A DNA stretch of 64,000 bases from Eledone cirrhosa (lineage: Eukaryota). Positions within the stretch are counted from its first letter, which is position 1. Every line of letters begins with the position of its first letter. Made by a program: the position numbers and the translations under genes. The stretch lies in contig OZ024742.1 in NCBI GenBank assembly GCA_964016885.1, forward strand, positions 17,484,001-17,548,000. The letters are read 5' to 3'. This document shows positions 1-10,028 of this stretch, piece by piece. Under the pieces are notes generated by a model. It was not told where the DNA came from and did no database searches. It worked only from the letters and a program-made list of their open reading frames with translations.

Positions 1-88
1 TTCATTGTTGTGATAATGGTCAGTAGGGATGTGTGTGTGAAATGCAGTCATGTTGAAAGGTCAACAGTTCAGGTGTCTATTAAGACAA

Positions 89-90
<2 letters not shown>

Positions 91-150
<60 letters not shown>
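91..150. repeat. (TG)n microsatellite
   Basis: Pure TG dinucleotide run; a second, degenerate TG tract lies at about 287-392. Confidence 0.97.
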
Positions 151-152
<2 letters not shown>

Positions 153-618
153 CAGAGTGGTTCGTGGTAGCAGAGTGGTTCGTGGTAGAGGGAATAAATT
201 CGGTCAGTAGGAATGTGTGTGTACGTGTGTGGGGGATATTTTAACATGTTGAAAGATATTTTTCAGCTCTTGTCTTATAAGGAAAAGTGTGTGTGTGTGT
301 GTGTGTGTGCGTGTGTGTGTATGTCTGTTTGTATGTTAGTGTACGCGTGTGTATGTTTGTGTGTGTGTATATGTGTGTATGTGTGTGTGTGTGGATGGAC
401 CAGTATTTTTGTGATACTGGCAAAAATGGTGTACATTATTCGATATTTTCTGTAATTTGCAAAAACGATTCTCTCAAAAGAACATCAAAAACATTAATAA
501 TAAAAGGGGTGAAACGATGTATTGTCATAAGACCAGGGTGTGTGAGTGACTGCATATATATATATTATATATATTATAGTAATATTAATGAGAGTAAATA
601 TATATATATATATATATA

Positions 619-715
619 CAGTGTCCAAAAAAATGTATACACACTTTGCTTACCTGTTCGGGCAATATTTATTAGAATGCACAGCCTTTGTTTATACATT
701 TTTGGGGGAATCCTG
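619..715. mobile_element. ~100 bp MITE, Tc1/mariner-like (copy 1)
   Basis: Imperfect terminal inverted repeats CAGTGTCCAAAAAAATGTATAC ... TTTATACATTTTTGGGGGAATCCTG, flanked by TA on both sides. Homologous in opposite orientation to 9589-9687 (shared core ACTTTG.TTACCTGT and TATTAGAATGC). Confidence 0.7.
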
Positions 716-1152
716 TATATATGATAAGAAGAGTTGAAATTAATGCATGCAAGATTTCACAGCTCTAGCATCACGCCTTCATATTCAGCCTAGCTCACCC
801 TCGTATATGTGGATACCGAAAGTAGTTTTGAAAGTTAAACAATTGAAGTAAAATTTCAATGAAACATACTTACAAGAACTGGAAGATTCCTTCTCAGATA
901 AATACTTAAATCCTGGCAAGATTGACTAACAGAACTCCGTTTAAAGTGAAGTGTATGTTGTTGGTCTCGCTTGAGTGATCCAGCCGGATTAATTAGAGAT
1001 GGATGCTACTGCCAAGCTCGCTGGAAGGTGTTACTTTCTCCTGAACAGATATATATTTGACGAACCAGGTTCAAATTTTACTACAATTAGTTCAACAACA
1101 AATGTTTCATTTATTTTTTTACCTTTTGTTTTGTTTTTTTTCCTTTAATAAT

Positions 1153-1212
1153 TGTTTCTACTTGGGGCACAAGGCCAGCAATTACCCAGTGCATTACTGG
1201 TACTTTATTTTA
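1153..1212 (-). mobile_element. 5'-truncated SINE fragment (3' end of the family at 2197/16747)
   Basis: Reverse complement reads TAAAATAAAGTACCAGTAATGCACTGG...AATTGCTGGCCTTGTGCCCCAAGTAGAAAC, matching the SINE 3' part at 16867-16925. Flanked by a direct repeat TTTTTTCCTTTAATAAT (about 1136-1152 and 1218-1234), a likely target-site duplication (TSD). Confidence 0.8.
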
Positions 1213-1877
1213 TTTATTTTTTTCCTTTAATAATGTGTTTCATTTTTATTAGATACTGCTCAATTATTTCGATGTAATTATTATTATTATTATATGTATA
1301 TATATATATACATATTCAATACATTAACAGAGAAAGCCTTAAGCTATACTCTGACTGGCTTCCATCTCACTCAACAAACATTAGGATATACCTTAGTATA
1401 ATCTGAATTTTACGTTTGGCGTGCTAACAATATGTATTTTGCGGAAGACCAGTAGTATTATTTTATATGAGACATAATTAAAATATATCTCCTTTTCCAA
1501 ACAATTGTTTCATTATAAGTTTTCTACAAGTTGGAAAAATGTGTCCGGGTTATGTAGAAGCCTTGACAACATTCCGTAAGAATATATGCAGGTGGGCACT
1601 TATAAATCATCAGTGGATGCCCGTCAAACATCGATATAAAAAAAATTTTCTTACCGATGTTTTAATTCCATGTCAGCGGTTGTCTCTCTCCGTATCAGAA
1701 TGACCGCCAAATTTGAAATTCCAGCAGTCTCAGAATGAGGAGTCTCACACTGTCTTCAAGCGGAAAGGGGAGGTAATCGCGAAACACAAGGATTTAAAAT
1801 GATATACACGTGGGTCAATTAATTTTTTCAACAATTTTAACCTTGCGTGTGGAGAACTCAATTAGATTTTTAAATGT

Positions 1878-2092
<215 letters not shown>

Positions 2093-2196
2093 ATATTAAT
2101 AAATATTTGCTCTAGGGTTCTTATATATTTATCCTTTTCGAGCCCTCTTTGGATTTTAGTCTTCGCATTTTTTATTATTATTACTATATATATATA

Positions 2197-2387
2197 GGCG
2201 GTGGATTGGCTGTATCGGTAGAGGGTCGGACGCCATGCTTTGCAGCAAAGAATTACAGCCCTTTATGGTCTGAGTTCAAATCCCGCCGAGGTTAACTTTG
2301 CCTTTCATCCTTACGGGGTCGATCAAATAAAGTACCAGTAATGTACTGATTAATTGCTGACCTTCTACCAAATGTAAAAACAATTAT

Positions 2388-2390
<3 letters not shown>
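2197..2390 (+). mobile_element. tRNA-derived SINE
   Basis: A-box-like TGGCTGTATCGGT, B-box GAGTTCAAATCCC (2272-2284), and central domain CTTTGCCTTTCATCCTTACGGGGTCGAT..AATAAAGTACCAGT. Homologous copies at 16747 and 17008. Confidence 0.88.

Positions 2391-2436
<46 letters not shown>
2391..2436. repeat. (TA)n tract, left flank of the Penelope-like element
   Basis: TA run directly abutting the inverted pLTR. Confidence 0.95.
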
Positions 2437-2440
<4 letters not shown>

Positions 2441-3079
2441 GAGAGTAAAACAAAGAAGCCTTCAATACATCAAAAGTCTTTATTAGCCGACAATGTTTCG
2501 TCCTATTAAGGACTCATCAGGGCAATTAAAACAACAAGAAGTAATATCGGCAGATACAAGCCGGAAGCCCCGAAGAATATGGAGTGTACATACACTAAAG
2601 TATTGCAAAAATATATAATAAAAATAATAAAAATATATAATAAAAATTACTAAGGATGTATATAACATTAAGAACCATATTACAAATATATTCCAAAGCA
2701 AAAAAATCCTAGAGCTAAACAAAGGTGGTTATATAGATGAGGAATTATATATAATACAATGTAATATAATATAATATAATATAATATACCTTTACCAACA
2801 TTAAAATTACAATAAAAATCAAAAGGTACAATATGCATATGTATATATGTGCGCACACGTACACACACATACACATACAACAATACACATATCCATCTTC
2901 AACTGCACAAATTAAACCTTATTAAGAGTTTGAATATAAAAATAAGCATGATATGAATGAAAATAATAATAATAATAATACTAATACATCTACCCAATAT
3001 ACATGAGGTAATAATATGATATAATTATAAGTAGCACATATAATAAATAATAAATAATACAATTATATACTATATAATA
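2436..3079 (-). repeat. Inverted partial pseudo-LTR
   Basis: Reverse complement of about 4039-4688 and about 8803-9448. The ORF track shows the same spurious peptides at 2483-2722(-), 4423-4641(+) and 8991-9401(+). Confidence 0.93.
2486..2523 (-). ncRNA. Minimal type I hammerhead ribozyme (antisense copy)
   Basis: Minus strand reads GCC-CTGATGA-GTCC-TTAATA-GGAC-GAAAC-ATT-GTC-GGC. Confidence 0.87.
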
Positions 3080-4789
3080 TTATTATCAACCCTCCAATTG
3101 ACTATGATTATATTTAACCCCCCCCCCCCCTTTTACCCTCCGTTCTATTATGTAATATAGTATATCGACTATTTTTTATGCCCCTTTGCATCCTCCATAT
3201 ATTTCTTCATTTCTGTCCCTATTAGCCTACCTTAATTCTGCTTAAGTCAGTTTTTTAGATATCGTTATGTATATGATAGTAAAAAATGTTCATTCCTTTT
3301 TGTAAACATTTGTAACGAAATATTAACGTTTATAAAATTTAATGACTTAAACTATAGCTAATATTATACTGCCTTATTGGGTAGTTTACATATTTTTAAT
3401 ATTAATTTATCAAATAGGGTTTTTGAGTCATTTACAGGGGTTGTTTCCTTAGTTTTTACTTAACTACTTAACTGCATGTGAGACCTAAATGTATACGTTT
3501 GTTTTTGTTTTTTTAATTTCCGGTTGATTCTATTTATTTATTTTATTCTATATTTTATATTTTATATTTTATTTGTAATACTACTGTGCATTATATTTAC
3601 TGTCTGGCACTTACTCATTCATCCATATACATGTCTGTCTACCAACCTTGTGATTATAAGTAATTATATATTATATTATGTTATTTTATTTTATATAATA
3701 TATTATATTATATTGTATTTTTTATTGTAATATTGATCCTTATTACTTACCGTTAATTATATGTAACATTATGATATGTTAAACTTTATATACCATGTAG
3801 GATGTTTATACCTTTTTACCATCAACATTTTTTGGGGGTATTGTACAATTTATTTTTCCTCACCTACTCTGTAACCCAGTATGAATCGATTTGTTAACTT
3901 GAGTACCATTATATATTGTTTATTATAAATGTTAGTATATTGTATATTATAAATGTTATTATATTATTATTATATTATTATTGTGACTTCTATATTGTTT
4001 GTGTAAATTAACCGGAGATTATCTATTCTATTATATTGTATTATATAGTATATAATTGTATTATTTATTATTTATTATATGTGCTACTTATAATTATATC
4101 ATATTATTACCTCATGTATATTGGGTAGATGTATTAGTATTATTATTATTATTATTTTCATTCATATCATGCTTATTTTTATATTCAAACTCTTAATAAG
4201 GTTTAATTTGTGCAGTTGAAGATGGATGTGTGTATTGTTGTATGTGTATGTGTGTGTACGTGTGCGTACATATATACATATGCATATTGTACCTTTTGAT
4301 TTTTATTGTAAATTTAATGTTGGTAAAGGTATATTATATTATATTATATTATATTATATTACATTGTATTATATATAATTCCTGCTCTATATAATCACCT
4401 TTGTTTAGCTCTAGGTTTTTTTTTGCTTTGGAATATATTTGTAATATGGTTCTTAATGTTATATACATCCTTAGTAATTTTTATTATATATTTTTATTAT
4501 TTTTATTATATATTTTTGCAATACTTTAGTGTATGTACACTCCATATTCTTCGGAGCTTCCGGCTTGTATCTGCCGATATTACTTCTTGTTGTTTTAATT
4601 GCCCTGATGAGTCCTTAATAGGACGAAACATTGTCGGCTAATAAAGACTTTTGATGTATTGAAGGCTTCTTTGTTTTACTCTCTTAATTTTTCGGCTCTG
4701 TTTAACTACATTGAGCTATACCTTTTACTGTCATTTCTATAATACGAAGAGGGTGTTTAACTCCAACACGCTCCAGTATTTTAACCCTT
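3080..4789 (+). repeat. Upstream pseudo-LTR (direct repeat, ~1.7 kb)
   Basis: Starts TTATTATCAACCC and ends TTTTAACCCTT. Near-identical to 7844-9549 with scattered substitutions and small indels. Confidence 0.93.
4601..4638 (+). ncRNA. Minimal type I hammerhead ribozyme
   Basis: Stem I GCC(4601-03)/GGC(4636-38), core CTGATGA 4604-10, stem II GTCC/GGAC with a TTAATA loop, GAAAC 4625-29, short helix III, GTC cleavage triplet 4633-35. AATAAA follows at 4640-45. Confidence 0.9.
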
Positions 4790-4863
4790 GTCACTGCTCC
4801 CGATCGGTTGAGCTTCCTCATATATACTGGTATTTTGGCTTTTATATATATATATCTGACAGT

Positions 4864-7548
4864 ATGCTAACAAAGAGTTACCTGCCTTTATCTCTGAAGA
4901 ATATTCCCACCCCCTCTAAGAATACTTATGAAAAACTATTGATAGCTAGTGTTAACTCCTTTGTAAAAAGGATTAGATGGCATGCTTTCCACTATGATAA
5001 TAATAAGAATAGGAAGGACCCCAGGAATAGAACTAATTTTAATAACTACGGCCTCAAAACTTATAAGAGCCCACCACATAATATTCTATTAGATAGTTTT
5101 GAAAGTGACTTACTCTCTCTTGTCAAAAATATTAGGTATAGGCCAAATAATAGACATAGAAATTATAATAATTTTGATAAGTTCCAGTCTAGACTTAAAA
5201 ATATTGTTAAGGGTTTCGGCGAGAATAAGTCCATTCTTGTCCCGGCAGATAAGACTAAGAATCTATACTCCATGGATTACAGTGCTTACCGCGACTTTAT
5301 TTATAAGGAGCTGCATAGAAACTATAAAAAAACTACGCTTGAGAATTTGAACCACATCAATAGTGAGGGCCTTAGAATTGTCTCTGACCTCGGCCTCGAT
5401 AAGTATACCCAGCCATATTACCCTCGAAAACCGAGATTCACTCTTAAGGATCATAAGGTTGATTTTATTAGTAACCCCTCTGTTAGACTCATCTGTCCTT
5501 CTAAGTCTGATATAGCCATTATCAGTAAAAAAAATCCTTGACCTTATTATACCAGATGTTAGGGATAAGGTTAATTTTAACCTATGGGGGAACACTAAGG
5601 AAGTTATAGATTGGTTCTCCGGGATTAATAGACTTGAATCTAATAAGTTTATCCAATTCGATATTGATGCCTACTACACATCAATTTCACCCATCCTCCT
5701 CAATAAAGCTTTAATGTTGGCCATGAGAGTGTCCAGCCTTACACGATCACAGGTAGATATTATACTAGCAGCCCGTAAAACTATTATTAAATTTGAGGAC
5801 ACATTTTGGACCCGTAAAAACACGCCCAATAATTTCGACGTTACAATGGGTTCGAGTGATTCGGCCCAGGTTACTGATCTTGTTGGGTTGTTCCTCCTTA
5901 ATGAACTATATGCTACCTTCCCGCACCTTATAGGCGGACTATATCGTGATGATGCATTGTTTGTAATTAACTCTAGCACCAACAATGTAGAACATAATAA
6001 GAAGCTTTATAAGTTTTTTAAAGCTATAACCTTTCGATCACGATAGATAGAAATGATAGAGCGGTTAACTTTTTAGATGTGACTTTGGACTTGGTCACTA
6101 ATAGTTTTAAACCCTTCCATAAGCCTAATGAAATACTTTCTTATGTTAGTCCCAATTCTAATCACCCCAAGTCTATGATAAGCTCTATAATTAAGGGTGT
6201 ATCTAATAGGAGTTCCACACTCTCTAAGGACGTAGGAACATTCAATGAACATGCGGAGTACTATAATAATTCCCTAGCAAATTCAGGTTACTCTAGTAAA
6301 ATACACTATAATAATAGTAACCTTATAAAGTCTCCGTCTACTTTTAATAATAATAACATAATATCACATAACATGGCCATGAATCGGAGTAGCAAACATA
6401 GTAACCGTAAAAATTATATAGGTGTATCTGAACCCATCCATAAGTTAACCCACCGGACTCGTAATAATGAATATAATACCTCTAGGAAACAAGTTGAACC
6501 CCCTGATCGCTCACACATTGGTGATAATTTTGCTGGATCTTATTCTAATAATGTTGCTCCTACTGATCCTATCATTGGCCCTAATCTTTATGATGGGATT
6601 CCGGACAGCAGCAGATCTACTGGAGGTAGAAACTGTAATAGACTTAATGAAATTTTGGCTGATTCTATGAATGCGGCTTTAACTAATCCTTGTAGTAACC
6701 CTAGTCTCGATGGTGGGATATTTGATAATGGTAGAGTCGGTAAGAATAAAAATAGAAGGCGATTAAATACTTATTTTAACCCGCCATATAATCAGGAAGT
6801 ATCAACTAATATCCATAGGTCTTTCTTCTCTATCTTAGAGAAAAATTTCCCCCCTTCTCATAAATACCATAGTATTTTTAATAAAAATGTTATTAAACTT
6901 TCATTCTCTACCACCCCTAATATTAGTTCTCATTTAGCTAGCACTAACAATAGGAAAATTAGGGATGGATTCTCCTCTCTACATACTACTAGTCTGAACA
7001 GATCTGGCAATGCATTACCACCAGAACAGTCCTTATCTAATAGCAATCCTACGTGTAATGCATCACCACTTGAGCCAACCAATAACACCCGGAAGTGCAA
7101 TTGTAGAGTGAGTGCTAACTGCCCTTTAAACGGTAACTGCCTTTCTAAGAACATTGTCTATGCTTGCGAAGTTATAACTAATTCCTCTAATAGAACTTAT
7201 ATAGGCTCTACATCTAACACTTTTAAGACTAGGTTTAACTCTCATATCTCTAATTTCAAGCATGTTAAGTTTAAGAATTCTACTTCTTTAGCACATTATA
7301 TCTGGGATCTTAAGGGAGCTAATATACCATATAGCCTTAATTGGCGTTTAGTAGCACGCTCTAACCACCTTTCTACACATACTAAGTTTTGTAATCTCTG
7401 TATCCTCGAGATACACTCTATAATCTTCTCTAGCGCATCCTTACTTAATAGAAAGTCTGAGATATTCTCTTCCTGCCCCCACGCTATTTCTAATTCATAC
7501 TTTTATTATAAACCTAAACGGTCTAGTAGTACAAATTGTACCCATTAG
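4864..7548 (+). pseudogene. Penelope-like reverse transcriptase / GIY-YIG endonuclease, frameshifted
   Basis: N-terminal SLKNIP. RT motifs FIQFDIDAYYTSI, MGSSDSAQVTDL, LYRDD, VNFLDVTLDL and SNHP. Cys-rich linker CNCR..CPLNGNC. GIY-YIG IVYAC..TYIGSTSNTFKTRFNSH. C-terminal CNLC..LLNRKSE..CPH. Frameshifts at the A-run near 5527-5534 and the T/A-run near 6014-6022. Confidence 0.9.
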
Positions 7549-7843
7549 CTGATATATTCCATTATTTATTTTTTTAGTTTAGGTTCTTTTGTTTGCCAAC
7601 ATTATTATTATCATCATTATTATCATTGGTTTTTGATGACTCTTTATTCTAGCTCTCATAATCTTTTGGCTACTGTACCATATCTATCTTCTTTCGCATT
7701 AAATTTTCACTATTACACCTTATGAATGTATATAAGATTATATATTTTACGCTATTTATTTTATTTTATTCTTATTTTTATTTTTATTTTTATTTTTATT
7801 CTGATTCTTCTTTGGAACCCCCCCCCCCCACGCGCACATAAAC

Positions 7844-9545
7844 TTATTATCAACCCCTCCAAATTGACTATGATTATATTTAACCCCCCCCCCCTCTTTT
7901 ACGCTCCTTTCTATTATGTAATATAGTATATCGACTATTTTTTATGCCCATTTTCATCCTCCATATATTTCTTCATTTCTGTCCCTATTAGCCTACCTTA
8001 ATTCTGCTTAAGTCAGTTATTTAGATATCGTTATGTATATGATAGTAAAAAGTTTTCATTCCTTTTTGTAAACATTTGTAACGAAATATTAACGTTTATA
8101 AAATTTAATGACTTAAACTATAGTTAATATTATACTGCCTTATTGGATAGTTTAAATATTTTTAATATTAATTTATCAAATAGGGTTTTTGAGTCATTTA
8201 CAGGGGTTGTTTCCTTAGTTTTTACTTAACAACTTAACTGCATGTGAGACCTAAATGTATACGTTTGTTTTTGTTTTTTTAATTTCCGGTTGATTCTATT
8301 TATTTATTTTATTCTATATTTTATATTTTATATTTTATTTGTAATACTACTGTGCATTATATTTACTACTGGCACTTACTCATTCATCCATATACATGTC
8401 TGTCTACCAACCTTGTGATTATAAGTAATTATATATTATATTATGTTAATTTATTTTATATAATATATTATATTATATTGTATTTTTTATTGTAATATTG
8501 ATCCTTATTACTTGCCGTTAATTATATGTAACATTATGATATGTTAAACTTTATATATCATGTAGGATGTTTATACTTTTGTACCATCAAAATTTTTTTG
8601 GGGTATTGTACAATTTATTTTTCCTCACCTACTCTGTAACCCAGTATGAATCGATTTGTTAACTTGAGTACCATTATATATTGTTTATTATAAATGTTAG
8701 TATATTGTATATTATAAATGTTATTATATTATTATTATATTATTATTGTGACATCTATATTGTTTGTGTAAATTAACCGGAGATTATCTATTCTATTATA
8801 TTGTATTATATAGTATATAATTGTATTATTTATTATTTATGATATGTGCTACTTATAATTGAATCATATTATTACCTCATGTATATTGGGTAGATGTATT
8901 AGTATTATTATTATTATTATTTTCATTCATATCATGCTTATTTTTATATTCAAACTCTTAATAAGGTTTAATTTGTGCAGTTGAAGATGGATGTGTGTAT
9001 TGTTGTATGTGTATGTGTGTGTACGTGTGCGCACATATATACATATGCATATTGTACCTTTTGATTTTTATTGTAATTTTAATGTTGGTAAAGGTATATT
9101 ATATTATATTATATTATATTACATTGTATTATATATAATTCCTGCTCTATATAACCACCTTTGTTTAGCTCTAGGTTTTTTTTTGCTTTGGAATATATTT
9201 GTAATATGGTTCTTAATGTTATATACATCCTTAGTAATTTTTATTATATATTTTTATTATTTTTATTATATATTTTTGCAATACTTTAGTGTATGTACAC
9301 TCCATATTCTTCGGAGCTTCCGGCTTGTATCTGCCGATATTACTTCTTGTTGTTTTAATTGCCCTGATGAGTCCTTAATAGGACGAAACATTGTCGGCTA
9401 ATAAAGACTTTTGATGTATTGAAGGCTTCTTTGTTTTACTCTCTTAATTTTTCGGCTTTGTTTAACTACATTGAGCTATACCTTTTACTGTCATTTCTAT
9501 AATACGAAGAGGGTGTTTAACTCCAACACGCTCCAGTATTTTAAC

Positions 9546-9549
<4 letters not shown>
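7844..9549 (+). repeat. Downstream pseudo-LTR (direct repeat, ~1.7 kb)
   Basis: Direct repeat of 3080-4789 (offset about 4760); runs directly into (TA)n. Confidence 0.93.
9361..9398 (+). ncRNA. Minimal type I hammerhead ribozyme
   Basis: Identical to 4601-4638; GTC triplet at 9393-95. Confidence 0.9.

Positions 9550-9588
<39 letters not shown>
9549..9588. repeat. (TA)n tract, right flank of the Penelope-like element
   Basis: TA run between the pLTR end and the MITE. Confidence 0.95.
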
Positions 9589-9590
<2 letters not shown>

Positions 9591-9687
9591 AGGTGTCCCC
9601 AAAAATATATATACACTTCAACAGCATTCTAATAGACATTAGCTGGACAGGTAATCAAAGTATGTATACACTTTTGGTGACATACTG
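9589..9687. mobile_element. ~100 bp MITE, Tc1/mariner-like (copy 2)
   Basis: Terminal inverted repeats CAAGGTGTCCCCAAAAATATATATAC ... GTATGTATACACTTTTGGTGACATACTG. Homologous to 619-715 in reverse orientation; TA at the left end. Confidence 0.7.
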
Positions 9688-9689
9688 GA

Positions 9690-9718
9690 GATATATAGAT
9701 AGATATATAGATAGATAA

Positions 9719-9789
<71 letters not shown>
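9690..9789. repeat. (GATA)n microsatellite at the LINE 3' end
   Basis: AGAT tetranucleotide run. Confidence 0.96.
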
Positions 9790-10028
9790 TGTTTCTTTAT
9801 TTGCCGCAGGGGCACAAAGGAAGGGGACAAATACAAAGGGGGAAGTTTACATACAATAAAAACGTGTAAAATGTTATCAGAAATGCAATTTAAAAAGTTA
9901 GTCGATTTTCCCCAATAGGGGAAGACAGTTTATATGGGTAACACATACCCCACAAAAAATGTGCAACCCTCATCTCCAGGAGTACGAAGAGTTTGTACTC
10001 CTTTCCTCTCCTCCTCCTTTTCCTCAAC

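Larger units (their letters stand above)
2436..9549 (+). mobile_element. Penelope-like retroelement (PLE): inverted partial pLTR + pLTR + RT/GIY-YIG ORF + pLTR
   Basis: RT and GIY-YIG coding region at 4864-7548, direct repeats at 3080-4789 and 7844-9549, inverted partial repeat at 2436-3079, and a hammerhead motif in each repeat. Both ends abut (TA)n. Confidence 0.93.

Noticed and set aside
151-186. 18 bp tandem duplication AGCAGAGTGGTTCGTGGT x2
   Set aside because: It is a simple local slippage duplication next to a microsatellite, with no further structure.
10-737. Short Cys/Val- and Tyr/Ile-rich ORFs, also at 1810-2115, 9639-9836 and 15528-15710
   Set aside because: They are translations of (TG)n, (TA)n and (GATA)n microsatellites.
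1300-1870. Possible old retroelement fragment between TA tracts
   Set aside because: No interpretable reading frame or motif was found by eye; it would need a Dfam or tBLASTx search.
2483-9401. Repeated hydrophobic ORF (…WNIFVIWFLMLYTSLVIFII…CPDESLIGRNIVG) in three copies
   Set aside because: It is a by-product of AT-rich pLTR copies. It has non-ATG or inconsistent starts and indels between copies, and its C-terminus is simply the hammerhead sequence read as codons.
3080-9549. LTR retrotransposon or DIRS element suggested by the long direct and inverted repeats
   Set aside because: There are no TG..CA termini, primer-binding site, integrase, RNase H or tyrosine recombinase; the RT plus GIY-YIG identifies a Penelope-like element.
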